Of a stretch of 53,642 nucleotides of DNA, positions 38,179-47,186 are shown one piece after another (position 1 is the stretch's first letter; each line of letters starts with the position of its first letter). The notes beneath the pieces are model-generated. The model had not been told where the DNA came from, made no database searches, and was given only the letters and a program-made list of their open reading frames with translations. Source of the stretch: a virus (taxonomy: Duplodnaviria; Caudoviricetes). The translations under genes and the position numbers were made by a program. The stretch covers positions 1-53,642 of the IMG/VR virus record IMGVR_UViG_3300008255_000158; one strand, given 5' to 3'.

Positions 38179-39038
38179 GATGGTCTCCTGTTCTCGATGT
38201 GGCCCTCAGCCATCAGCCAGCACTTTTTGACTCGCCTGAGGGGTCCGTACTTCTCTTCATCCAGGTAGCGCTCAGGTGTTCCCTTCGCTTCCCAGTCTCG
38301 AATCATCTTCGAGTACCAAGAGGTCGCATTGCACCAGGCGGGAGTGAGAGTCTTGCAGAACCCCTTGGTCTTGTTCTCGCGCTTTGCGTACCCCTCGAGT
38401 CGCTTCTTGAGGTCAGGCTGATTCAACAACCACGGAATCGTCTTGAACGAGTGGAGTTGTGCAGTGCCGATATGCCAATGGAAGTCGATGAGTTCCGGGC
38501 TACCGTCAGTGATATACCAAGCCATGACGTAGGCAATAGCCGCGTCGAGCCAGCCGATATAACCAATGTAGGTGGTTCGCGAGTAGAAGATCAGAGTGCC
38601 GACGTTTGAGGTGTTGTGCTTGTCCGGATTGCCGATGAAGACTGCGCCCATCAAGCACCCTCCCCATCGATGCTTCTTCGCATACCGAGGGGGGTCATGG
38701 AAGAACATGCTGTCAGACGCGCCGTCTCGATTCTCCCGATTCAGAGTCGACTTTGCGTTGGCGATGAAGCGGTCAAGGTGCTCCCTCGGAACGTACTCTT
38801 TGATGAGTCGACTCCACCGTTGCGCCGCAAGCCAAAGTGACTTGCCAGCGTCGAACTCATACTCGAGTGACTCCGCGTAAATCTGGGTGTTGAAGAAGTT
38901 CGTCTCGATGCTCAGTCGAGCATCGGGTTTCGTACACTCGAACATCCCACGGGCGCACACCTCGAGCGCTCCTGTTAATGTTGCGCCGCGAGCAAGCCAG
39001 GCGTTCGAGAATTGACGGTCGAATCCCGAGCGCATCAT
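38139..39038 (-). CDS. Divergent thymidylate-synthase-fold protein
   Basis: GGCLM, FYSRTTYIGYIGWLD and WHIGTAQLH appear in the same order as TS PC, RSxD...N/D and GxxHxY. Confidence 0.55.
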   Translation of the reverse strand: MMRSGFDRQFSNAWLARGATLTGALEVCARGMFECTKPDARLSIETNFFNTQIYAESLEYEFDAGKSLWLAAQRWSRLIKEYVPREHLDRFIANAKSTLNRENRDGASDSMFFHDPPRYAKKHRWGGCLMGAVFIGNPDKHNTSNVGTLIFYSRTTYIGYIGWLDAAIAYVMAWYITDGSPELIDFHWHIGTAQLHSFKTIPWLLNQPDLKKRLEGYAKRENKTKGFCKTLTPAWCNATSWYSKMIRDWEAKGTPERYLDEEKYGPLRRVKKCWLMAEGHIENRRPSWDVGELTFDKAQ

Positions 39039-39742
39039 CAGTACTGACTCCGCTGACGAAACTTGTTCACCTCGCTCTTCTTGAAGTACAGGTCGAAGAA
39101 GTCGCGGTAATCAGCATCAAGCGCTGTCCAGACGGAGAACCACTCGGCCCAGACATTGCGGAGTCGAGACCGGAACCGCTCGGTATCAGTCTCCATCTGC
39201 GTCTGCTTCCAAGGCTTGTTCTTCAGCTCGTTCGCCGCGATTCCCATCGCTTCGATGAAGAGGTGGGAGTTATTGCGAGCGTCAGTGGCAAAGTCGTTCA
39301 TCTGGGCCTCCGCCATCAGGTTCACCTCATGATTGCCGTAGTCTTCGTAGAGCGCTTTGAGGTCGAGTGAGTCGACATCGTGGCCCGAGTGAAGAGTCGC
39401 TTCGATGAGGAAGTGGAAGGCGTCGGCAAGCTCCTCGAAGATATGCCGAACCTTGGGATTCGATCCCCAGTGAGTTCGCCAGCTGTTGATCTCGTTACCC
39501 ACGAGGTGAAGCTCTTCCCAGGCTTCGGCAATTTCCTCGGTCGTTCGCCAGAAGTCTTCCTTGATCCGCCACTGACGTTTCGCGTCTTGCAGCGAGATCG
39601 GGTCAGCGGGGACGTTGCCCCCGTTTCGCTTCTCGATTCCGCAGTACTTCGCCATGAGCTCGCGCTGACGGTCAAACATCGCGCAGAGAGCTCGGTACAC
39701 GTTGTCGGGACAGTTCGTGGTGGTTGCGTCGTCGATGTTCAC
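39038..39742 (-). CDS. All-alpha dimeric dUTPase/dCTPase (MazG superfamily)
   Basis: EEIAEA, EELADAFHF, KNKPWK and YFKK..VN.FRQ..Y. Confidence 0.85.
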   Translation of the reverse strand: MNIDDATTTNCPDNVYRALCAMFDRQRELMAKYCGIEKRNGGNVPADPISLQDAKRQWRIKEDFWRTTEEIAEAWEELHLVGNEINSWRTHWGSNPKVRHIFEELADAFHFLIEATLHSGHDVDSLDLKALYEDYGNHEVNLMAEAQMNDFATDARNNSHLFIEAMGIAANELKNKPWKQTQMETDTERFRSRLRNVWAEWFSVWTALDADYRDFFDLYFKKSEVNKFRQRSQY

Positions 39743-40239
39743 GATTCACTCCTCTTCGTCAGGTAATAGCCAAGAACGCAGTAACCCACCACGTCCATCA
39801 GGGTGTCAGCGACTGACTCGCTGACGGGGAGGCCGAACAGAGTATGTTCTTGCGGCCCGTCGGGATCGTCTTCGTGGACCATGTTGACGACCCGCTGCAT
39901 CTTCGAGTCGATCCGGATTACGACCCCAACCGTTCCCCACCGAGTCAGTGGGGATACTCCGTATCGCTTGTGCTTTTCGATGAGCAGGGCGGGGAGCAGC
40001 TTGGGAACCCCAATCCCGTCATTGCCACGAATCGATGCGAAAGAGTCCCAAGCCAAACGACCGAGCTTCAGGAAGAATCCCGACATATCGAGCTTCCGAA
40101 CCGTACCGACTGTCCGAAACTCGTCGACCATCTTGAGTATCACACTCATCGGGGTGTCGACTTTCTCAAGCTCTGCCATCTTGGTGAGCACTGCGGTGAC
40201 GTGCTCGGGCTGGGTAATCAAATACTCTTCAGAGGGCAT
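39739..40239 (-). CDS. DUF1599 / nucleotide-modification-associated domain protein
   Basis: EK...YG, G...RI..K..R..N and ES..DT..D..GY. Confidence 0.75.
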   Translation of the reverse strand: MPSEEYLITQPEHVTAVLTKMAELEKVDTPMSVILKMVDEFRTVGTVRKLDMSGFFLKLGRLAWDSFASIRGNDGIGVPKLLPALLIEKHKRYGVSPLTRWGTVGVVIRIDSKMQRVVNMVHEDDPDGPQEHTLFGLPVSESVADTLMDVVGYCVLGYYLTKRSES

Positions 40240-43090
40240 TGAGAGCCTCCTTTTCGTTCCTTAGCCACTCAACAAAAGCCGGATTCTTCCGGTACAGGTT
40301 ACGTTCTTGTCTCATGAGGCACTTGGCCTTCACCAGCTCACTGATGATGGCGCGGGCAGCAAACGTATCGCCGACATAGTCAGCGATTGCGTCGATGGTC
40401 ACGTCTTGTAGTGCAAGCATCCCGTCGATCAGATGAGTCTTGTCCTTCCCAAGGGAGTCGAATGTGTCAACGATGTGAGCAGTATCGCCCATGGTTGAGG
40501 CTTCATAGGCTGCATCGCTGTACTCGTGATACCTCATGCTTTCCTTGGTGTAGAACAAGTCGAGGATTTGACAGGCGCAACGGACATGCCTCGAAGTCAC
40601 GATAAGTCGCTCACCCGTTTTGTCGCTGCTGAATGTCCTTGCAGCGACGGCCGCCGATATTTTGGCTAGCTTGACGCGGATGTTCTCGGATTGCACCAGT
40701 GGGATTGTTGCGCTATACGAAGCCCCCAGAGCAATGGCTGACTCGATGATTGACTTCGTTGCCGAGGGGGTAAACTTGACTTGCTCGGGTGATCTTGACC
40801 AAGCCCAAAGTACAAGCGATTTGCATAGTGATCGATTGAATTGGTCGGGCTCGATATACTCGGTGTCATCGGGTGATCGGATGACGTTGATCACCGACGA
40901 CGGGACTTCACTCGAGGCAACTGTGAGTGCATAGTCGAACCGACTGATATCCTCATTCGAGCCGACGAGCTCTTTAATTGCCTCCGCTCCCGATCCGTAG
41001 GTTGCGAGTGGTTGACCTGATCGGGGGTTTGCACACCATAGAAGTCGAGTGTTCGCTTGAGTAGCCTCTCGTACAATCTTGACAATCTCAGCGACGCCCT
41101 CGGATCGTACTCGGGACATTCGGCCGATCTCTTGACGAGACAGGGCGGACGCCTCGTCAATGACAACGAGCCGGTTGTTGTTGAGTGGGATGATTCCCCA
41201 AGTAACGAGCCATCGATTGCCAGCTTGTTGAACCCCCCCAACCAAGCCAGCAAAACTGCAGTTCTCACCTGAGGCGATCTCACCCAGCCCATAATACTTC
41301 ACCAGCCCTTCGCTAACGTACCCCTTACCGCACCGAGTATCGCCGAGAATCAGGACATCGAGCATTCCCCGTTTGACAGGCTCACCGTTGAACTCGAAAG
41401 CACTGACTGAGTGGAAGACGAGGTCCACGGCAATATGCAAATCGGGTCTTCGCTTGATGTGGGTAATGTGTGTCGATTGCCACTCTGCAATCTCAAAGAG
41501 GTGATCGAGCAAGTCCTCCTTCTTGGGGCGGAACCTCTTCAAATCGGCAAACAGCTCAGGTGTGAGCTCGAAGGTGTCGATGGCGTCTTGCACTGGCATT
41601 GCCGAATCGAATAGACAAGTCGAATGCTGATCTTTGGGATGAGACATCGAACGCCCGGTGAATGAGTACGACCGATTCGAGCTTATCCCGTGTCCCGAGT
41701 AATACACTGATCGGATTGAGTACTCACCATTCGACGAGTCAAGTGTCGGGATGACAAGCAGCCTCTCGATGTTTTGGGTTTCGATCACCTCAAGCTTTAC
41801 CTGGCACTCGGGCTTTGCATGGCCGAATCCAGCGTGATTAAGCAGCAGCTTCGCTTGTCGTTCTTCGGGGATGTCAATGAGCTTGAGGACTATCGGATCG
41901 TCGGGCGCGATCTTACAGGTTCTGTACTCTTGACCGAGCTCTTTCAACGGACACAGCCCGCAGCTGTGCGAGCAAGCAACGCGGTACTGCTTGGGGACAA
42001 AATAGGGTGAACTGTCTTTGCCAGTGACAAGCGCTTTGACCCTCATGGGCTTCTTGTACCACTTCGCAAGTGATGAGTCTTGCAGCGTGAGCTCGACAAC
42101 CTCATCGGTCGGTAGCGCGGAATCGGGATTTTCGAGAATCGACTTAGCGGAATTGATCCGCTTGTTCCAAGCCTCTCGTTTCCTCATTGACGGCTGGTTG
42201 CGAATCCAGTCGGTTGCATCCTTGCCCCACTTTCGTGGCACTTTAAGCCGCTTACATGATCGGACGTTCTTGCGGATTGCGGCTAGTGGCTTTCGATAGC
42301 ACCGCTCGCCCTCTTCGTCGTTGTCGTAGCAGATGCAAGCGTGAAGCCCAGTGAATCGATCCTCCACTCCCAGTGGCCATGACTTTGCACCTGCGGTCGA
42401 GGTGATCGACGGAACACCGACTGACAGGAGAGCAAGAGCATCCCACTCGCCCTCGACTATCATCAGTGTGAGCTCGTCACTCACGCTGTCTTGCATTGTC
42501 TGGATAACCGAGAAGGGGAACAACGTAGGAGGTGATCCGAACTTGCGTGGCTCCTCAGCGTCGGGCAAGGAGTAGTTCAGCATCTTGGGCATGCTACCCT
42601 TCGGATTCGGATCGTAGAGCTTAGCGTTCACAATCAACCCGAACTCGTTCGGGATTGGGATGACGAATCTCTCTCCGTTGAATCCGAGCTTATATGTCTC
42701 TATGACCTCGAGTGAGAGGTGTCTCGACCCAGTCAGATACTTCAACGCGCTCGGCGTTGACATCAACGCTCGATGCCAGGCTCGAATCTTCTTGGGGTCG
42801 ATGGTTGGATGAATGAATTGGTGGAACAATGCAGCGGCTGCGTCATCGTGAGACGACTGTGACAGCAACGACTCGAATGATACGACTGAGCGACCGCCAG
42901 CTGAGCAGCCGTGACAGAACCACTTTCCTGTGTGTCGGTTAACGTGGAGGGATGGGGTGCTATCATCATGAAAGCAACACTTGACTCGTGGGTCGTCGCC
43001 TTGGCTCCAGTCGACATCAGGAAAAACTTGGGTGTAGTATTCAACGGGGTCAACTTGAGACCTTACGAATTCGATCAAGCTTTGTTTCAT
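40229..43090 (-). CDS. DnaG-type primase (CHC2 zinc finger + TOPRIM) fused to an MCM-like helicase
   Basis: C.FH.D..PS...CHGC; EGEWD and YDND; RG.LDVLILGDTRCGKG, VIDE, ANP and SRFD. Confidence 0.85.
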   Translation of the reverse strand: MKQSLIEFVRSQVDPVEYYTQVFPDVDWSQGDDPRVKCCFHDDSTPSLHVNRHTGKWFCHGCSAGGRSVVSFESLLSQSSHDDAAAALFHQFIHPTIDPKKIRAWHRALMSTPSALKYLTGSRHLSLEVIETYKLGFNGERFVIPIPNEFGLIVNAKLYDPNPKGSMPKMLNYSLPDAEEPRKFGSPPTLFPFSVIQTMQDSVSDELTLMIVEGEWDALALLSVGVPSITSTAGAKSWPLGVEDRFTGLHACICYDNDEEGERCYRKPLAAIRKNVRSCKRLKVPRKWGKDATDWIRNQPSMRKREAWNKRINSAKSILENPDSALPTDEVVELTLQDSSLAKWYKKPMRVKALVTGKDSSPYFVPKQYRVACSHSCGLCPLKELGQEYRTCKIAPDDPIVLKLIDIPEERQAKLLLNHAGFGHAKPECQVKLEVIETQNIERLLVIPTLDSSNGEYSIRSVYYSGHGISSNRSYSFTGRSMSHPKDQHSTCLFDSAMPVQDAIDTFELTPELFADLKRFRPKKEDLLDHLFEIAEWQSTHITHIKRRPDLHIAVDLVFHSVSAFEFNGEPVKRGMLDVLILGDTRCGKGYVSEGLVKYYGLGEIASGENCSFAGLVGGVQQAGNRWLVTWGIIPLNNNRLVVIDEASALSRQEIGRMSRVRSEGVAEIVKIVREATQANTRLLWCANPRSGQPLATYGSGAEAIKELVGSNEDISRFDYALTVASSEVPSSVINVIRSPDDTEYIEPDQFNRSLCKSLVLWAWSRSPEQVKFTPSATKSIIESAIALGASYSATIPLVQSENIRVKLAKISAAVAARTFSSDKTGERLIVTSRHVRCACQILDLFYTKESMRYHEYSDAAYEASTMGDTAHIVDTFDSLGKDKTHLIDGMLALQDVTIDAIADYVGDTFAARAIISELVKAKCLMRQERNLYRKNPAFVEWLRNEKEALNAL

Positions 43091-43154
43091 GGTGATAGCA
43101 ATGAGCGCAAAGAGGGGGAGCTCGACGTTAGAGCTCCCCCTGGCCGGTTGGTTG

Positions 43155-44165
43155 CTAGGCCTTCTTGATGGCAGCGATGAGCGCAGCGGGCTTGGCGAAC
43201 TTGCCGGTCAAACCGACATACTCGCCGATGTCCGCAAGCAGGGACGACCAGTCCTCGTAGTCGTCGGGGTCGAACTCGTGGGTCTCGGCGAGAGAGGTGA
43301 TCTGGGCCTGCAGCTTTTCGCTGATGACCCCGTCGTCAAAGGACAGCTCGACGCCCTCCTCATCCGACTCCTCCTCTTCTTCCTCTTCCTCCTCGTCCGA
43401 CTCTTCCTCTTCCTCCTCGTCGGACTCGTCGGCTTCTTCTTCGTCCGACTCCTCCTCTTCTTCCTCTTCCTCTTCCTCTTCCTCTTCATCGGACTCGAGG
43501 AAGGTCACGTCGTCCCGGTTGAGGTCTTGCTTGTCGCCGTCGTCAAACAAGACGGTGACCGTGCCGTCTTCGTAGTTGGCGACGACTTCGCCTTCGTACT
43601 CCTCGCCGTCTTCGAAGGTGCAAGAGACTCGAGCGCCGAGGCAGTTCTCGAATCCCTCTTCCTCTTCGCCTCCGACTTCGTCGGCGTCCTCGAGACCCTC
43701 AGTCTCGATCTCGTCGGAATCGAGAGCCTTGTTGAGATAGACGTTGATGAAGTCGCCCTTGTGCTTCACCGTGCACTCGGCATAGGAGCCGACGAGCTCA
43801 CCGACTGCAGCGGGGAGGCCCTTCGCGCTCTTCGGCCAGTCGACGCCGAGTCGAGCAAGGGTCGTACGGAACCAGCCGAGCCCGGCTTCGTCAGCGAGGC
43901 CATCGTGCTTGAAGAGCTTGCGATTCTTGTACTCGCCGTCGATGATTGACAGCTGGAACGAGCACTGGAAACGGCCGGACGACTTCGAGTTGTTGAGCTT
44001 CGCCGAATCAATGCGGACGGCGTACTTGCCCTCCGGCACTTCTTCGAAGTTGCCACCCCCCTGCTCGTCGATATCGTCCCAGACGTCGTTGAGCTGGGCA
44101 AGAGCGCCAGCGACCTCGGGATCAACGCCGTGCTCGGCGGCCTTGCTTTTTGACTTCTTCGCCAT
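43155..44165 (-). CDS. SSB-like (DUF669-type) protein with Tudor-like domain and poly-acidic tract
   Basis: FEEVPEGKY.V.I and GEY.NRKLF; V.FDDGD; long E/D run; AGGAG RBS before ATG 44165. Confidence 0.7.
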   Translation of the reverse strand: MAKKSKSKAAEHGVDPEVAGALAQLNDVWDDIDEQGGGNFEEVPEGKYAVRIDSAKLNNSKSSGRFQCSFQLSIIDGEYKNRKLFKHDGLADEAGLGWFRTTLARLGVDWPKSAKGLPAAVGELVGSYAECTVKHKGDFINVYLNKALDSDEIETEGLEDADEVGGEEEEGFENCLGARVSCTFEDGEEYEGEVVANYEDGTVTVLFDDGDKQDLNRDDVTFLESDEEEEEEEEEEEEESDEEEADESDEEEEEESDEEEEEEEEESDEEGVELSFDDGVISEKLQAQITSLAETHEFDPDDYEDWSSLLADIGEYVGLTGKFAKPAALIAAIKKA

Positions 44166-44994
44166 TGGATGAACTCCTGATTTTCTTCTTGGTTGCGGTT
44201 GCTGTTTTGAACGTGGAACGGAACTTTGCGCCGTCGAGCAGCTCGTAGCCCTTCGACGGCTTTTGACGTTGAGTGCGATCCTTTGCATACACCGACTCAC
44301 TGGGCTCGGTGTAGATTACCCGTTTCTCGACTCGCTTGCCTCCTTGTTGCATTGCCTTGAATCCGCAGTAACCGACCAAGTCGACGAGTGGGACAATCAC
44401 CTTCCACGCCGTCTTACCCATGTCGGGCTGCACAATCTCACGCTCGATTCCGTGAACCCTTATTGTCTTGATCCCCTCATGGGAGATGAAGACAACGCCG
44501 ACGTTGAGCGCCTTCAGTCGCTGAACAACGTGACTGATCCGACGCTTGAACTCCTTCCAGCCCTGTCCCCACTTCGCGTCTGATAGCGAATCGATCTTGA
44601 GCTCGATTATCGTCTGGTCTTCTGCGTAGTTGGTGAAGTCGTCAACGTGGTCAATGCAGACCATATCGTACTTAGGCGCATTAGGCGCCTCGAGCTGTTC
44701 AAGAAGATCCAGGATGTCCTGGTAGTTGTTGACCTCGCGGACCTTCGCTTCGAGGTGTCGAGCGCCCCGATCAGTCGAGATAAACAGCACGTCTTGAGCG
44801 GCAAGGTCATTGACAAAGGTCGTCTTGCCTACACCCGGTGGGCCATAGAAAAGAGTGATGTACTGGTGAATGTCGGACGCCCCTCGCTTTGCGACCGTGG
44901 GAAGCTCGATCACCTTCTTGGCGGGAGTTGGTGGGGGGCTAGCCCGGCGTCGCTTTGCTGGCGGTGAAGTTTTTGCGGCTCGTTTGATGGCCAT
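44122..44994 (-). CDS. Sak4-like AAA ATPase / recombinase
   Basis: YGPPGVGKTT, CID, FISH, D.VGY and AKDR. Confidence 0.8.
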   Translation of the reverse strand: MAIKRAAKTSPPAKRRRASPPPTPAKKVIELPTVAKRGASDIHQYITLFYGPPGVGKTTFVNDLAAQDVLFISTDRGARHLEAKVREVNNYQDILDLLEQLEAPNAPKYDMVCIDHVDDFTNYAEDQTIIELKIDSLSDAKWGQGWKEFKRRISHVVQRLKALNVGVVFISHEGIKTIRVHGIEREIVQPDMGKTAWKVIVPLVDLVGYCGFKAMQQGGKRVEKRVIYTEPSESVYAKDRTQRQKPSKGYELLDGAKFRSTFKTATATKKKIRSSSNGEEVKKQGRRARR

Positions 44995-45467
44995 TAGTCG
45001 TCCTCGTCGTTGTTGAGGGCCTTCTCCCAGTTCTTGCGAACAAAGGGCTGAAGGCAGATGGGCGGCTCGTATTCAAGAATGCCCGACTCGATCTGGTCAA
45101 ACCAAGCGAGGGTGCTTCTCAAGTCAGAGGGGGTCATCGTCTCTGGGTCGGGCGAACCAGTCAGCACCTTACGATTGGCTAGAAGCTTACGATAGACCCT
45201 CTTGACGTAGTCAAGCCGGTCCTTCTCGATATTCTTCCTGTTCTCGAATTCGATTGCCCCAGTAGCGACTGCTAGGCGAAGACCAGCGACGATAGCCCGG
45301 GATGAGACAGTCTGTTGCGACTCGAGGGCTTGAGACGAGAACGCAGCGTTGACAGTCAATGACGCCAGCAATTTACCATCGCCTGCTAGCAACAAATTGA
45401 GGGACTCGTCCCGTAGTTGGTACATCTCTTCGATGTTGTCTGTGCGTCCTCGATTCTCCTTACTCAT
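44994..45467 (-). CDS. Hypothetical protein
   Basis: GGAGCAAG RBS before ATG 45467. Confidence 0.6.
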   Translation of the reverse strand: MSKENRGRTDNIEEMYQLRDESLNLLLAGDGKLLASLTVNAAFSSQALESQQTVSSRAIVAGLRLAVATGAIEFENRKNIEKDRLDYVKRVYRKLLANRKVLTGSPDPETMTPSDLRSTLAWFDQIESGILEYEPPICLQPFVRKNWEKALNNDEDD

Positions 45468-46491
45468 GAGCTTGCTCCAGCTCAACGTAAGGAGTTTCGG
45501 GCTGGTCAAAGAACGTCGCCGCGCCTCGGTCGCAGCCCCTCAAACAGAGATTCTGGTAGGTGCAGATTTTGAAGTAGGCGTTGCACTCTTGGTCGTCGAT
45601 TCCCCACTCCCGCGGATCAGCCGGGTCATGGGCGTTCTCGAGGACATGGATGAACTCGCGGTGCACTTGTAGCAGCTCGTACTGGAAGGCGTTCAGATCT
45701 TGACGATTGAAGCGCAGCTTTGACCGGTAGAAGTGGCTCGAGTCCTCCATGTAGGTCTCAGCGATTCGCTGGTCAAACTCCTCCTGGTTCTCGTTGGTCT
45801 TTCGCCGCTTCTTGGTCTTTTTGGTAACGTCGTAGATGACGTACTTGCAGGGCAGCCCCGACTTCCATGCGGCGAAGAGGTAAGCGCGGACTTGGGTATC
45901 AAGTGCGAGTCGGTCGATGTATGACTCGGTAATGACACTGGCAGACTTGCGCTCGACCATCACTCGATCCCCCGAGCTGCGCTCGGTCACGATCTGGTCA
46001 ATCGAGCCCATGAAGTCGAAGTCATCGAACGGAATGCAGAACTCCTTCTCGAGCAACGACTTCTTGACCAGCCATTGCTTCCGATCAGCGGCGTGATGGG
46101 CTGCGTATCCCATGCACATACCCCGGAAGATCATCAGAGCGGACTGCATTTTGTCAAGCTCGTCTTGGTCGTAGAACGCCATGGTATCTGTCAGATTCTT
46201 CTCCATCGATTCGATGTGCGCCGCTGCAATCGACGCCATCGACTTGCGACTGGTGATCCACTCGCCGACGCACTTGTGGAACGCAGTACCCATCCAGAGG
46301 GCAGCAGTCGTCGTTCGGGGTATGATCCCGAGGACGTACCTCCAGTAGAACTTGCGCTTGCATCGGCGGAAGAGCTTCATTGACGACTGGGTCCACGACC
46401 ACCTCTCTACGTCACCGTATGGAGCCGGTAGGCGCGGCTTCATGTGGAACGGGTTGTCGATCATGAGTGGTGCGAGCTTGAGTTTACTCAT
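45460..46491 (-). CDS. Cas4/RecB-like PD-(D/E)XK exonuclease
   Basis: S.....C.RK, GTAFH, G.ID...ERKS, Q...Y and C-terminal C.....C.Y..LC. Confidence 0.85.
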   Translation of the reverse strand: MSKLKLAPLMIDNPFHMKPRLPAPYGDVERWSWTQSSMKLFRRCKRKFYWRYVLGIIPRTTTAALWMGTAFHKCVGEWITSRKSMASIAAAHIESMEKNLTDTMAFYDQDELDKMQSALMIFRGMCMGYAAHHAADRKQWLVKKSLLEKEFCIPFDDFDFMGSIDQIVTERSSGDRVMVERKSASVITESYIDRLALDTQVRAYLFAAWKSGLPCKYVIYDVTKKTKKRRKTNENQEEFDQRIAETYMEDSSHFYRSKLRFNRQDLNAFQYELLQVHREFIHVLENAHDPADPREWGIDDQECNAYFKICTYQNLCLRGCDRGAATFFDQPETPYVELEQAHE

Positions 46492-46700
46492 TTGGGATTG
46501 TCCTTGGTTTCATCGATGAATCTCTCCATCAGGGCTTTGCAAGCAACGTGCTTGCCTTCACGAGAACACCTGAGAAAGTCGTGGAATAGCTTCATCTGCC
46601 TCTTGTGCCGTCGTGCCGCAGGCGACCAGCTGTGGAACCACTCCCAGACGAGCCATGCGAAGACAATCGGAGAGAGCAGTATCATCACGGAAACGAGCAT
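46488..46700 (-). CDS. Small membrane protein
   Basis: N-terminal hydrophobic segment; overlapping start and stop. Confidence 0.55.
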   Translation of the reverse strand: MLVSVMILLSPIVFAWLVWEWFHSWSPAARRHKRQMKLFHDFLRCSREGKHVACKALMERFIDETKDNPK

Positions 46701-46903
46701 TACCAGTCTCCCCTTCCTCGGGTGCTCGGGTCGTAGTACGACTCATCAGCTCGACACTGTGGGCACTCGAGATGACCGTTGTTGACTCGCTTTCCGCAAG
46801 CCTGACAGTAGCTCAGGTCGGGTCGTTGTTCGGGCCGCTGTCGTCTTTCGCCGCATACACCGATCCGACGGCTATCACGATGACGGAGATCAGGATTACC
46901 CAT
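46700..46903 (-). CDS. Zinc-ribbon protein
   Basis: CQAC...CPQC. Confidence 0.55.
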   Translation of the reverse strand: MGNPDLRHRDSRRIGVCGERRQRPEQRPDLSYCQACGKRVNNGHLECPQCRADESYYDPSTRGRGDW

Positions 46904-46907
46904 GACA

Positions 46908-47186
46908 TCACTTCGCCCACTCGAGGTCAACGATGGTCATGCGGCCGTTCTCGTCTCCGAGAGCGGGGATGAGCATGGTCACCTCCTTGGTTCCGACCTT
47001 CACGGCGATGACTCGCGGCTTCTCACCGGCGAGCTCCTTGATGGCCGTCTTCTCGATCTCGAGGTTCTGGTTAACAAGCCGGTTCCGATCATTCGTGTCC
47101 CGGTCGATGCTCCGCTGGTGAGCATCGATCTTTTCGAGGTTCTCGATGAACCTCTTGACCTGGCTCTTCTTCTCGGATGCGCTCAT
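46908..47186 (-). CDS. Hypothetical protein
   Basis: In-operon ORF with biased codons. Confidence 0.6.
   Translation of the reverse strand: MSASEKKSQVKRFIENLEKIDAHQRSIDRDTNDRNRLVNQNLEIEKTAIKELAGEKPRVIAVKVGTKEVTMLIPALGDENGRMTIVDLEWAK

Noticed and set aside
36973-38268. 431-aa plus-strand ORF
   Set aside because: Antisense to the TS gene and neighbours, no motifs, and against the direction of the arm
34213-40239. Z-base (2-aminoadenine) or 7-deazaguanine pathway
   Set aside because: No PurZ, DatZ, DpdA, QueC/D/E or FolE motifs recognised; the cluster is pyrimidine-oriented
43089-43949. 286-aa hydrophobic plus-strand ORF and poly-Ser/Arg alternative frames
   Set aside because: Artefacts of the GAR-rich acidic tract on the minus strand
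45460-46491. Cas4-like nuclease as a sign of CRISPR
   Set aside because: No repeat-spacer array or other cas genes; it sits in the usual Sak4-SSB recombination module
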